64,000 bases of DNA from Antedon mediterranea (Eukaryota > Animalia > Echinodermata). This document shows positions 25,167 through 39,616 of this stretch, one piece after another. A program made the position numbers and the translations under genes. The stretch is from contig NC_092680.1 in the NCBI RefSeq assembly GCF_964355755.1, positions 558,001 through 622,000 of the forward strand. Direction: 5' to 3'. The notes under the pieces were generated by a model. That model was not told where the DNA came from. It made no database searches and worked only from the letters and a program-made list of their open reading frames with translations. The first letter of the stretch is position 1, and the number at the start of each line of letters is the position of its first letter.

Positions 25167-27256
25167 ATCCAGTTTCAAATTGTTCTGTTTTTTGGATGAA
25201 AACTTGTTATAAGCGCATAGAGGCTTTACGCATTATATGCTTAATGAATACAAAATTATTATTTCAGCAGCATATAGGAAATATAAAAAGACCAAATAGA
25301 TATCAATTATCATAATTTTATATTTCGTGGGTACGGTAAAAACAAATTGATTTCCGCCATAATGATATCAAAAACTTGCAGAATAAAAGATATAATAAGT
25401 TAAAAAATTAATTTATCTATGATTGTTTTTGATTGTCTGTTTAAATGTCTTGAGTATTAAGAGGAATGCCTATTTCTGCCACAATGATATACAGACAGTA
25501 TTTATCAAACATACAAATATAGCCTTAATGTGAAGCAGATAACTTTAAGGATTGCTATAATGTGAAGGCAACAGCAGTAGAGAACAACAAATTGATCTGA
25601 TGCTAGCGTACTCCACGCAGCAGGACTAATTGACCCATCCATTATCAATTCACTTAAGTGCTTTTATATTTTCTACCACACTTTACATTAAGTGCTTGAA
25701 ATAAAGTGAAGAAGAACAAGTGTTCCCTAAATGATCATCATAAAGAAATGCTAAGTACAAAAAAAATTGAAATTCTCAAGGAATTAAACTAGAATTTGAC
25801 AGGGATGTTGACTCGTAAATGGGTAGAGGAAGGGCCTTAAGTTTAAAGAGCTCAGCTATAAGTCTTCGAAAAATATGTTATTTAAGGCTTCATTTGTATT
25901 AAAATAAAACGTAAGACATTTTCTCAATAGCTTTCACTAGCCCGACCTAATAGTTGGTAGCCCAGGATTGAGATAAGTGCTGGTACAACTACATGGCATA
26001 CAAAGGACAGAGACTGGCTACTGTACTCAGAAATTGTACATACATATATTATTACATTGAAAATCATTTAAATTGAATTTTGAAATCGTCACACTATTAG
26101 ATATCTTTAAAAATTGTCACACTCTCATATTTACACAAAATCAATATTTTTTTTTATTGTATAAAAATTTAACTTTAAATAAACCAATTATCAAGAACTC
26201 ACTTGCTATGTTTCGGATATTTTCGGTAGCCTTGGTCCCTATATGACTCTGTTATGACCTTCTGTCATTTTTTATTGTTATTTTTTTCCCCATCAAAGTT
26301 AAAAGTTAGATATGTGATGTTTTGACCCCGTAAGGTCAAGTACAATAGAGAATTCGACCGTGCACCATATATTATCAATCTGTGAAGATTTCATTATTAT
26401 ACACGCTCAAATAACTTCAATTCTATTATTAATATAAAGTACGCAGCCAGGTTATGTATAGCATGTACAGGCATCACTCACGGTAATGATCCGATAAAAA
26501 AGATGAAAAGATTGCGCAGGTTTTCCACGAAGTCTATAATATATGTAAATATATTATCCTCTTTATTCTTTATAACAAAACTTTTTATTCTTATCACTAT
26601 ACTTGTGGGAAACTTTAAGATTATTCAGTAGAAATCAACCAAAAACATAATATAATGGAAACATACAATATAATTAATAAGTAAAGTACATAAAATATTC
26701 TATGAATACTGACAGTTTGATCTTTGTTTGTTTATGATATTGCAGTCATTAGAATTATACCAGCTACAATCATGTCTAAATAAAAACAAATATTTGAATG
26801 TTTATAAGTTGATTGGGAAGAATATTTTTAAATATTAAAATGAATTGAAAGAATGACTAAAATTGTAATAATATACTATATATACTAAAATTGTATTTAA
26901 GTTTGAGTTGAATAGAACAGTTCAACAAAAGAAGATATTCACTTCATTCAAGAAAAAAAAGTTATTCATTTGTTTTTTAAAAAACTCAGGAATCACTAGT
27001 TCATTTCAGCCTTGAAGCAGAGCAATATGTCGCACATTTAAAGTTGTTACATCACGTATTATTCATCAGCCTATAACATTAGAAAAAAATCTCACAATTT
27101 TTTACTAAAAGCTGACCATGTAATAGAAGCATTGATTAGAACTTTACAGTTCAATGTAACCAAATGAATAATGCCAAATCAACTATACAGTCGAGGTCTG
27201 TTAATAGAGAGTCCAAATATATATATATCCTATAATACTTTGATTTAGCTTTTTGC

Positions 27257-27383
27257 TTTTTATTTGTATCTTGAGATACAGCCACTGATACCCACATCAT
27301 TGTCATTTTTCCAGTGCTTATTTTATTTGTATCTCCATTGAGATACAGCCACTGATACCCACATCATTGTCATTTTTTCAGTA
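27257..27383. repeat. Tandem duplication of about 60 bp
   Basis: ttgagatacagccactgatacccacatcattgtcattttt occurs twice. Confidence 0.9.
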
Positions 27384-29682
27384 ATTTGGATTTATAATAT
27401 AATACTAATATATCTAGCTAATATTTAAACCTATTTCCAATCACTATGATTCAAATGGTCTATGATATTTCAATCAAAAATTTATAAAATATATCAGCTT
27501 TAATAAAGTGCAAATAGAGTTAATAAAATACTTGTTACCAACAATTAAGTAGTTTCTAATCATTACCTTTAGTAACATCGGCATAGATTCACCACCAACA
27601 TCGCATGCATTAATTCCATTAAGGTCGGTCACTTTGCTGTAACTGGCTACTACTTGACCATTTACTTAATATGAAGACACATGGAGTGACCATTGATTAT
27701 ATCGCCAGTGGAAATGGCCGGTATGTTTTAAGCTAATAAACAGGAGGAATAATCAGAAAGTACTGGCTACTGGCTAATAGAGATAACCATAATTGATTGA
27801 ATGCAAGATGGATGAAAATAGATTACAAAATAATTATATTTGAAGTTGGTTGGTAACTATAATTTAATTAATATGACATTATTTGGACCGTACCTTAAAC
27901 AAGGTATATAGTTATAGATTTTGCTATACAAATATAATTTATATAAAATAAATAATGGATAAATAAGTAAATAAAATATGCAACAATTTTTTAGAAAAAC
28001 ATATTCCTTAGTCAGTTATTTTTGTAATAAAGTGAATTAATAATTTACAAATTAATATAAATTATTATTTTATTCAATGGAATAATTTTTTTTAAAGAAC
28101 ATATTAAAAACAATTATCATTGTGTTAAAGAGGAAATAAGAAATGTTAATATAACAGAAAACAATTATTAAATTTATATTTAACAAATAAGAAATGAAAA
28201 ATGTGTGTATATAAATTCATATAAACAATGATACAATATGCTATTGCACAAGGGGGAATGTATAAACAAATACAAACAAACCCCCCTTATGTTTATATTA
28301 ATGTAATGAATTTATATTTGAAGACATGACACATAAGAGAAAGTCACAGATCAATTATTAAGATATACATTCAAACAATCCCTTGGTTAATACTTGGATT
28401 AAGAGATCAGAAAATGATTAGCGCCATTTAAAAATTGTTAAAAGCAGCTGCCAGCTCGCAAGCGTGAAATCAATGGATCAAAATCATATTAACGAGAAGT
28501 TTCCGCGTTTTGTAGACTATGTTTGGAATGGAACGACAGGTTGTGCCAGTGATGCGACAATTCTCCAGGTAGTTGAGATACGACAAGGGATACGGAATCC
28601 TCATAAATTTCAATATGGATCCACGAAGATGGGCAGTCATGTGGAAAGAGATTGCAACTGTTCTCAGATATTGGTAAACGAAAATACATTTACGCCACAG
28701 CAGCAGTATTTAGTTAGTATCAATTAATAGCACATTTGTAATATAACAATTAACATCCAATATTATTCTATTAGTCACAAGGCTATCAATATTTAATCAA
28801 ATATTTATCAATTTTTCATATTATTAAATATTAATATAGCATGAATATGTTGGCCTGAACATTTTATTTATATCTTAATTGTTTAATATATTTATTTCAA
28901 AGCAAATTTGGGGGTGTAAGCACCAAGCACCACAACCCTAAATCTACCACAATCCCTAAATCTGCCCCTGTGTAACATATATAAACAAGTTATGAATGAA
29001 AAGAATATAACACATTTTAAAAAGATCTTTTATAGAATAAAAAGTCTTGTTATAATTCAAATTTTCTTTTTGTTTATTCATAATCATACACTGTTTATAA
29101 ATTAAATATTATATTATGTGAAATTACAACATCTGTATATAACTTGATATTCTATTCTAATACCTCCTTTGTTATTCTACTAAAAAACCAAATTTTATTG
29201 TTCAAAAACGAACTATAAACAATCATTTATTATTTGTTTAAAAATCAAATCATTCAGCTGGTTGTTATAATTATAATATTACATAAACATGTAGCAAAAT
29301 AAAACAAATAATTAATTGTTTCTGTAACAACTTGACAATGTAAAGACACTGGCTTAATTACAGACTTATTTATGGTTGGTTTTAATCAAAGCTTTGTTCG
29401 GCGTAAAATTAGTAGAAAACCCAGAAGGCGTTTATGTAAAGGGGTGAGGTAATTAGGGTCATAGACTGTGTGAAAATTGACAAAACGACGCAAGTCTTTG
29501 GAAACCTAATCAATCGGAATAACAGGAATTTACAAGCAACGACCTTTAATGAGAGAGAGAGTACTTACAAAAATTGATTCTACAAACAATAATTATTGTA
29601 TTTATGTGTTAAATATTTAAATGAAAAAAAAAACCCAAGAGAATTCTAGAACTATGCTTTTGAAAACAGTGGGTGAATCTTG

Positions 29683-29753
29683 CAGATACCTAATACAGAT
29701 ACCTAATACAGATACCTAATACAGATACCTAATACAGATACCTAATACAGATA
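29683..29753. repeat. 13-bp tandem repeat (cagatacctaata), 5 copies
   Basis: Directly visible. Confidence 0.95.
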
Positions 29754-30709
29754 AAACAGAGATACAGTCATTTGTTCATAAAACAAAGAACAAATATTTG
29801 AATTTCTACTTAATTATTAAAAATTAAAAATATTCCTTCTAGTAATAATAATAGTTCTACTGTATGTAATAACAATAATCAGATACAGTACGTAATATTT
29901 AAAATATTCATTTTTATTGAAGATAGCCTACAAATAAAACAATATAAAATAACAGACAATTATTATTATTTATTTTAAAATTTAGACTTAGCTTTTTTTC
30001 TTTTTAATTGAGACGCATGTGGCTAACTTGAATATTATACATTTTGGAAAAACGCCGAACGTTTTACAATCAAGGACTTCCGAAAGTTGGAAAAGCTCTA
30101 AAAAAAAATTTGTAAAAGCAGCAGCTGATATAAACTACTTAAACAAATTAGACAAATGTACTATTACATTGTTTTCCAATCATTTCAGTTAAATGTTATA
30201 ATAAAGGTCTTAATATAAATTAACAGTTTAATTATGATAATAGATCACATTATTATAATAATTATTAAAGCACAGCAATGAATATTAATTAATTGGTTTA
30301 CATTAAACAGTTCTCCATACTTTGTAAATGAAGCTATAATGCGATTGAGTTGAAACAGGTTTAACATCAAGCTGCTATATAAATTAGTTCATAAGTACTG
30401 TCATCAAACACAATTTTATTTTAATATTCAATGTTAAATTTATAAATTACATCCACAGCTGGAAAATTATTTTATGCTTTTATGCATCATAATTATAAAT
30501 AAACAACATTTTTCCAGGAAAACACCTTTTTTTAAAGAGTTAACAATGTGTTATTTCTATTTATCTCCTGGTTTTTTAGTACTGTATCTTGTCTTATTAT
30601 TATTATTATTCCGGACTTAAATTTGTAAGCCAGAGTCATTTTTTAAAGTATGTTCTTAAATATCAAAAAAAGTACATGACTCATGCCTCGTACTCGTATA
30701 AAACAACTA

Positions 30710-30950
30710 TTATTTATTCTTTCTTTTGACTGGATTGCATTTTCAGTAACATAGTACTGCTTTTCAAAATGGTCCAGTTACAAGGTTTAAAAGTAAAGAA
30801 CAATTTTAAGAGAAAAATAAAAGCATACATAGGATTAATTTAAAAGATATATACAGAACAGTTAAAAACAAATTTTCTTTTGTATAAAAGACTATAGATA
30901 ACGAGCATCTTTCGCCATTATAACAATTACCAGCATTCTCATCTCTCTCA
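30710..30950 (-). mobile_element. Possible decayed Crack/L2 LINE 3' UTR
   Basis: AATAAA tail on minus strand next to imperfect stem-loop actgga...tccagt; ORF remnant weak. Confidence 0.35.
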
Positions 30951-33900
30951 CAACCAAGGTTGTAACACACAGCACTTTAAGATAAAACATTTTTAAAACT
31001 AGTAAAGATACGCACAGTCATAACATAATGCCTAAGTGAAGCCCCTATGTCCCGGAGGTTTCACAAAGAATGTTTATAAAAATTAATGCCTAGGCAATAA
31101 TCTAGGCCGGGTGAGAAGGCTACCATGAAGATGAGTTATACTGCAATAGGACACAAAACTCACCTTTGGCTACAATTTAAAATGGACAATTTTTAAACAT
31201 CATTTTCAATTTACATACGTAATATTGTCAATTACGTTTGACATGAGAACACAACATAATTTTTAACTGATTGCTTTTTATTAAAAGGTTAAATGCATAA
31301 TTCATGAATCATAACCATTTATTACACAGAGGTTTTTGAACTGTTTCTAAATTACTTTAAAAATTGAAAATGAACGGGAAGACAACGTTGGGATGTAATC
31401 TTGCAATGGAATATATTATTAAATATGTATAAGATAAATCTGTAGGGATTTAATAAATCTAAAAACTAAATTAAAAGGTTTAAATTCAATCAGATAAATC
31501 AAGTAGAAAGTTGGTCTGGATTAGACAGTACAGAAAGCAAGCTAAAATGATAAATGATATACTAATAAAATGAAGTTTTAGTTATTCTAAATAAGAATTT
31601 TGAAAGTTATTTTTATGGAATAAATTGTATTGACAATTCATATTGATTGCTTGATATAATACTTTTATCATAATCAGTTTTAATATTAAATTTACATTTT
31701 TTATTAAAACAATTAGAATATATTTTTAATAAAATATAATGTAGATATAATTTGATTATTTTAAAGCGTAAACCCATTCACCATGTTTAATTGGAAAGTG
31801 ATCTGATTTGAGTAAAATGCTATATTCCTCACATATTTCTAATGCGTAAAATTAATATATTATATTTCTTATGCATTGACTTAGTTCTTCTCTAGCAAAC
31901 ATATTTATCATAATTTTGATTATTTATGAATTAGATTAAACAATTTGCTAAGATTCCCACTCCTTCTAAATGATTATGGTAAAATGAATCGGGAGAAAAA
32001 AATGTTATTTTTGCATCGGCTGGTGACAGTTGGTCTAGGTTTTATTGAATTAGTATTACCTGGCTTTCGTAGTGATTACATTACCGACAGTAGCGCAGCC
32101 TAGCCACAGCAAACTTTAATCCATTATTACCATATACTATATAGGAACTAACATATTAATCATTGAAATCATACGTATAACATAAAATTGTATATTCTTA
32201 TATTTTATACTTTGATACTTTTGATGAACAACATTTTTAGAGATTATTAAAGTGAAAATTTATGAGAAAATAAACATTAATTGGTGGAAAATTAATATTA
32301 TTAAAAATCAAATGTCCTTACGCTATTGATATTATCAAATGTCCTTACGCTATTGATGTTATCAATGTTTTTAAGATAAACGTGTAGATAAATAAATTAA
32401 TGGTAAACGATTAAGAAAGAAAAAAACGTTTCCATAAATGTCTCGAGAGTTGATTCAACGCTAGCAGCATTGGCAGTGTAAAACTGTGAGACGACACTTT
32501 TGATTTGCAAATTCCATTTATCAATTCAGTGTTTTGATGAACTGATTGACTAAAGCAAAATCATATTTTACCCTCAGGTCTTGTTTGATAATTATTCATG
32601 CACATATAACTAACTGAATTTTTCCCTCATCTTGGAGCTTAATGGAGACGTACTTAATGAATATGTGCAATAGAAAGACAATTTTAAAGATTTTTTACCC
32701 ATTATGCAAGGATTTAAATAATCATACATGTTTATGCATCCACACGGATTGAGAAAATGGATGGAGAATTATCGTAAAAAATTATTTTTAATATTTCTTT
32801 TAAATAAAAGAAAAATATAAAAAGGTTTGATTAAAAATTCAAATAACACAGGCATCTATAAAAATATTGAAAAAAAAAATGTTTCTACAAATGTGAGACA
32901 TTATCAATTGATAAATGAAAATATAATTGAAAAAAAAATGTACTAAAATACTCGGGCTTAGTTGATACACACCCAGCATACGACAGAAATGAATGGCACA
33001 AAATAGAGAGAACATGGAAATACTACTGTTATAGTAAGTAATGTACAATTTTTACTTCATAACAAATACAGTGTTCACAGAGAGAGATAGACTACACGCA
33101 TGTTTTATAAATATGTTTATATAATTGTGTTAACACTAAAGAGTTCAAATAATAAAATAGTCATAAAACTGTCTAACAAAATTACTATAAAAAGCATAAC
33201 AAAAGGAACAAACAAAATCATAAAATATTATGGCAAGAATTAAATAGAAATATTAATTCATAGCCTTTTCTCAGTATTCAAACCAAACAATGTTAGGGAT
33301 GGGTAATACAGTTTCTACCAATAACATTATGCTATAAGGACAAAACCATGTGATATATGATTCTAAAATTAGGATAAACTCAATTTACACTGAACTTAAA
33401 TGTAATATGAATGAGGAGAATCTAGATTTAATGGTAAAGTACATAATACATAATGACCCAGTAAACTTACACTGTTTGATAGATGATTCACAGTTTTATT
33501 GTTGTTTTTATGAAACTAACCAGGACAAAAACAAAAAATGTAAAAAGTGCAAACGGATAGAGGATTGCAACATAACCATGGTGTCTGGTGATATTTTTTT
33601 TCCCAGTGTGGATAGGGCTTCAGTTATCATGTACACAAAATACTGAATGGTGTTTTAGGCTCTTAAATCCTTAATTGTTTTACAATGGTAAAAGCTAACA
33701 GATTATACCATGTTTTTGTGAATATATGAAGTTTCCATTCATGAGTTTTATCCTATAAAATTACTGCCCAAATCAAATAGTTTTCCAGTATGAGTATTTA
33801 GTAAATACAACCAATAAAATGTAATCTTGCATGTATATATTTGCCTTGACAATAAAAAGGACAAAATATAAGAAACAGTATTTAAACAAAAAAATGAAAT

Positions 33901-36900
33901 GGCAATATAAAGACTATGAGGACTATAACAAACTTTATGACTACAAAAACCATAATAAAAATACAAGGCTAGAATAGCGTAAAGATAGCCTGTGTACATT
34001 GTATCACCTAACACTTTCTATGCACGATACAATAAGGCCAACTCTCTAGGCTACAATAGCCGGGACTTGTAATAATGGGAGCTGAAACTATACACTAACG
34101 GTACGCAAAAACACACGCAAACCTAGCTGCTCTAATCCTAGAAAATAAGGCTCAGTTTACATGATATGCTAACGGTGAAACCAAGAATTGTGATTTTAAG
34201 ATTAGAAATAAAATAGAAAGGAGGAGTTACCTTGAGAAAATCCCAATCAGCATGAGATAGGATACGGGCAGGAACTATCATCCTCAGACACTGCTAAACA
34301 CGGCAAGCCCTCTCTCGTCTGTGATCACTGTCAAAATGTTTACAGAAAGGCGTACCGTAGTGTATGCAATGGCTCTGTATGTTAGGTACACAAAAGCACA
34401 ATTCATATGAACATCACAAAGAAATTCAGGAGATATGAACAACGTTCAAATGCAGATGTCTGGATAATATACTCATACAAGGCAATAGGACATCTTACTG
34501 TCAAATACACTTAAAGATACCCGTTGTAAAAAAAAATACAAATAAAAATGTATTTTTAAATTGACTATGATTTCCAATGGGTGTACAGTAAAGCAGTTAT
34601 TTAAAGTACTTGATAAGCAGATAGCAAGCCTACTTCTAACGACCAACACATAATTATCTCCAGCTTGCAAAAAGTCTGTCCTCTTGCGACGTGGATGCAC
34701 TCTGCAGTAAATTTAATTAAACGGGCAGAGGAGTTTCTATAAATACGGTGTTTTCTATCTCGCTACTACGATACTTCAATACAGAACTGATCAATATCCC
34801 ATTGTCCTTAGCTCGGGCTGTGAAACATGGCTTAGGGCGTTATATCATCGCCAATACAGCATTCAAGCTTGTCTTATAAACAAAAAAACCAACCACTTTA
34901 TCAGGCTTTCTTACCCACTGGACTGTGATATAACCCTCGAGAAGTTTTGAAAAGATCGTCAATGGGGCATATAAAAAGGGAGTTTTCTTAGACAATCTTG
35001 AACAAGCCACAAATATGCACGTTTAAGAAAGCAATCAGAAAGCAGATAATAGAGGTATTGAAAAAAGAGGTATTGACAATCAAACACAGTGATTTATTAC
35101 AAAGAACATGACAATAAAAAGCACAACCTGATTAAATAAAATTAAATATAAAGTCATGTCAAGTCACTATAACCAATTTTTATTGTATGATAAAATTATA
35201 GGTTTTCCCTTTCTGTAATGAGATAACGAGTCTATTTTAATAAACGTCAAATAAATAGTTAGTTTAAATTTTCGTTTATTAATGATTTTTTTCATAAATT
35301 TTTCAATTATTATAAAATATTTTCAGTTTGGCAATTTCACCATTTTCGTTATTGTATTGTTTTACTGTAACAAATATGTATTGTAATTTGGTATAGAGAT
35401 TATTACAGAATTTTGAGAATAGAATTTTGTAGATTATCATTATTTTGGTATGATTAATTAATTAATAATTAACTTAAATTAAACTTCCTTCTTATTTTAA
35501 TTGTCATATCTTACCCTTACTCTTACATAATTCTATAGTTTTTTTCTTTTTCATTTATATAAAGAATACTGTAGTTTTTTCAACATTGTAAATAAAGTAT
35601 ATAATACTGTAACTAGGGCAGAAATATTCATTCAGTATCTAAAAAAAACCTATAAAATCACAGCATATGGTTTATGCATTCATTCATTACTATCTTTATT
35701 TTGCCAATAAAGTCTAAACTCAAAAATATGAGTTGAGTGGGTACCTATTAAGTACCTTATAATTCTAGAAATCTATCAACTCAATTCAAACCCTTAGGGG
35801 TTCTTTCTAATGTCATGAGATTGAAGAAATATTTTTCTGCTAAATCTGAGATGTGCTTTAAAACAAAACTTAATGAAGCAACTAAATACAAACAAATATT
35901 TCCATTTACTTTGTACCTTCGTTATAAAATGTAATTATAAAACCACTCTCCGTTTCATATTTTTACTTTCAACGGAATCATGATGATGAATTGAGAATAT
36001 AAATATAGGGTACACTGCCTAGCTCTAATTTATTTTCTGATTGGAATAAAACACCTAAATTGGAGGATGAATCACTTTAAAAGAGTTTTTTTTTTAAATT
36101 GTGAATAAAAGACAGGGGTAATACAACTTTACCTAACCTATATACTATGCAATGTAGATTTAAGAAATACAAATATTGTATATCTAGAGAAGAGTGAGAT
36201 TTAATTCTTCTCTGGTATATCATTGTATATCTAAAAATGTACACGGTATTTTTTTCTTTTGATCTTTTATTTAATCATCCCTAATTTAGTTTATTTTTGT
36301 AGTGTTCTTCTCATCTTTTATGCTACTTTGACTATTTTATTGTTTTGTTCTTTTTCAGACAAATAAATAAAATAAATTCATAGATTATTACTGAAAAGGG
36401 TCATCTTTTTTGACCTGATTAAACTTGATTTATGTTTTAAATAATATTTCTTGCAATCAAATAAGACAGAAAAATACCCTGGACTGGTTGCTATTAACTT
36501 GAATTATAGGTATAATGTAAAATATGACAATGATGGCGAGGTTAAATTAAGGACGAGATAGAAGATGATACAGTTGACAAAAAGGACGAGATAGAAGATG
36601 GTGACAAATACATGTGTCAACTAATTCTTATTTTATAAATTTATAAATTCATTCGTAACATCTTGTTTTCGTTCATGAATTATCAACAAAATAGTTCAAT
36701 TTGTTACTACCCCTTGATGCTGTTCAGCGGGAAAGATATGAATTTATTCATACAAGCATTGCAGTCAACAATAAAAACTACAATTTCTGAAACCAGATAG
36801 TCTGTGGTAAGTCCCACCTGATAATGCTTGGGGAATCAGCCAGCGAGATAGGTGATGATAATACTATGCTACTTAAGTAATCTTCGTTAAAATTCTGAGA

Positions 36901-37305
36901 CATATATGAATAACCAAAGGCGAGTGTTGAGAAATTTCTGTATAGTGGGAAGTGAATGTCTCCAGAGGAAAAGGCTTCGTTGATGCAACGTTGCAAGGTG
37001 TCTAAAACCGTTTTGCCCCAAGGTTGAACAGAAAACAATGCTTTCATTCTGTAGGTTTTTTTTAAATGTGAAATAAATTTTAGGTTTTTTTAACACATTT
37101 TAAAATTGAGTATAGCACTGATTTTTTTTATGACTTTACACAATATTCCTTTTCTGTGTTTTTACTTTAAAATTTCATATAGTATATAGATGGTTTTTTT
37201 CCCCAAAAATTATGTGTTAAACTTGAATTTTATTATAAATGAATGTCTTATTTATTTTAATTCTATTAAATTTAGTTGTATAATAACTAGAATAATTAAT
37301 AATTG

Positions 37306-37547
37306 TTATTATTATTACTTGTATAGCGCACATTTATACAACATTTAATTATAATCAGCGGCGCTTCACATCAATTAGTATCGTAACATTGTTTGAAATA
37401 TAGTGCTTTTAAATGTTTTTTAAACTGATTATAGTCGTCTAAGTGTTTAATGTGACTTGGTAATCTGTTCCAAATTTTAGGTCCTGCTACGGCAAACGAA
37501 CGGTCAGCAAATGTCTTTCGTTTAGTTCGTGGGATAATGAAGAGATA
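37306..37547 (-). mobile_element. 5'-truncated L2/CR1 LINE 3' end
   Basis: 37547-37371 translates YLFIIPRTKRKTFADRSFAVAGPKIWNRLPSHIKHLDDYNQFKKHLKALYFKQCYDTN*, a typical ORF2 C-terminus, followed by gcgctatacaag(taa)n tail. Confidence 0.88.
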
Positions 37548-39357
37548 TTTAATTAAGCTACTTGATCTGAAACATTAATTCTCAAATAAAATTAAATACA
37601 CAAACCAAAAAAGGTGATTGGTAGTATATGAGTGCGGCTTACCTGGATAAACCGACATTAGACCTTTCCCACAAAGTTGAGAATATAAAAAAAAAAAATG
37701 TTTAGCGGAATCCCCTACCTGCCAATAAGACAGTCCTCAGACATAAATAAAGCTCTGAATAGAACTAATATTAATATTGCTGTAAATAAGACTTCACCAT
37801 GAGAAACTTCAAATAATAAAAACAGAGATAAAATTAGGTTAATTGCAACAAACATCTAGAACAGACATTGACCCCCTAGTGACCCCTCAGGTGAACAACT
37901 ATTGTTAATATAGCAAAGCCACGATAATTTACTTGTCTAAACGGATAAAGATCGATGAAAGGTCCCGCTTCTCTAGGTCAATCGTTTGTTTTTCATCTTT
38001 AGCCAGCTCTTCCAGCTCATTGATAAATTTTAGTCCGGTACCAGAGGGAATATTGCTGTTCATGCTGCAGTAGATGTGGTGAATCAATCATTGACTTGTC
38101 AAGTTAAGCCTAGCTATTAGTATTTACAAGCTAATCAATTGATGATCACTAAAATATTCCAGATTAAAAACTAATTATTAAATAGTTTATTAAATCTATG
38201 AATTATAATTTCTATTAAGAATAAGTAATATTGAAAATAAAATGTTGAACACTATTTTAACAAAAGTGCTGCTATGGATAGAAAGGATTTCCGGTTGATT
38301 AAAAAGTAAAAACTCAATTTTTATATAAATAACAACTAGTAAATAAATTTTTGGAATTTTAATTTTTATTAAGAATAAGTAATATTGAAAATAACAAATT
38401 ACACTTCCGGGTATCTATTGATGAAAAAAAGGAGGTTTTTCATTTAAATGAACTTATCTATGAATAAATTAAAAAAACAAATCATATTATTAAGCTAATA
38501 ATTTAGTTTTTCTCATTTTATTAATTTAAGTTTTTACTTTTTTAGGGTTTTAACTTTGCATTTAACTTTTGTATTGTTTTAGTTACATTATTTTTATTGT
38601 TTATAAAAAATGATTACAAAATAATCTACTAATCTAATATTTACTGCCTATTAAAAATCAAAACAAACATATTAAAAAAAAATGTTTTCTTAGGCAAATT
38701 TGCAATAAAAATTAAATACAGTTATACCAGATAATAAAAAATGACTTTTTTGTTTAATTTATAATGATTGAACAGACTATTATAAATGAAAATTAAACAT
38801 AAATGAAAATGACAATAGAAATTCTACTACAAAATTAAATATAAACTTTTTTTGTAAAAGTAACAAACATTGATTGCCGGATGGAAACTGAACTGAAGTC
38901 AGTCATTAAAAGAATAGAACTAACAATGATTTGAACAATAGATCATCGTAATATGTGCAAATAATCATCTTAAGCACCAACCTACAGTGCCACAATATTT
39001 ATCTGTTTTATGTGACACTGTGTTATATATGCAACATGCGATGATAAAAATAGATTTGGCTCAGGAAAAGATATTACCAGATATTTGACTATTGACAATC
39101 TACATCATACATCATCTTAGTTGTGTCTACAAAAATATTTTAAATTTCATAATATTCTACTTAAAACTGTTTAACAGAGCTGGAATCTAAAACTTTTAAT
39201 GTATGTATGTGTTCTGTTTATTGATTTAAATAAATTCATTTGTAAATAATATGGAAATTTGGCAACAAATTAAAAGATTAATTACAGATTTAAATTCAAG
39301 AGACTATTTTAAACATCTAAAATTATTTTTTTTTACAAATGATAATATTAATATAAT

Positions 39358-39616
39358 TAATTAATAGACACCTTATATAACAATATAATTCGTAAAAGAT
39401 ATTAGTTTTTGATAATATAAATGAAATAATTATTAATATAAACTATACCATGATCTATTTACAGTTGTAAAACTATTGTTAATATCTAAAAATATTAATT
39501 TGTGTTTTTACAAATTAATAGACACTATATATATAACAATATAATTGTTATAAGATGTTCGTTTTTGATAATAAAAAACAAATAATTATTAATATAAACT
39601 ATACTATGATCTACTT
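39358..39616. repeat. Diverged local duplication of about 100 bp
   Basis: aattaatagacac...aataattattaatataaactatac.atgatcta at ~39358 and ~39513. Confidence 0.8.

Noticed and set aside
28464-28727. 87-aa ORF (and similar ORFs at 33350, 36778, 45065, 50020, 62780)
   Set aside because: No recognisable domain or consistent splice structure; lengths expected by chance.
37636-37655. CTTACCTGG as a U1 snRNA 5' end
   Set aside because: Following sequence does not continue as U1; it belongs to the dispersed repeat.
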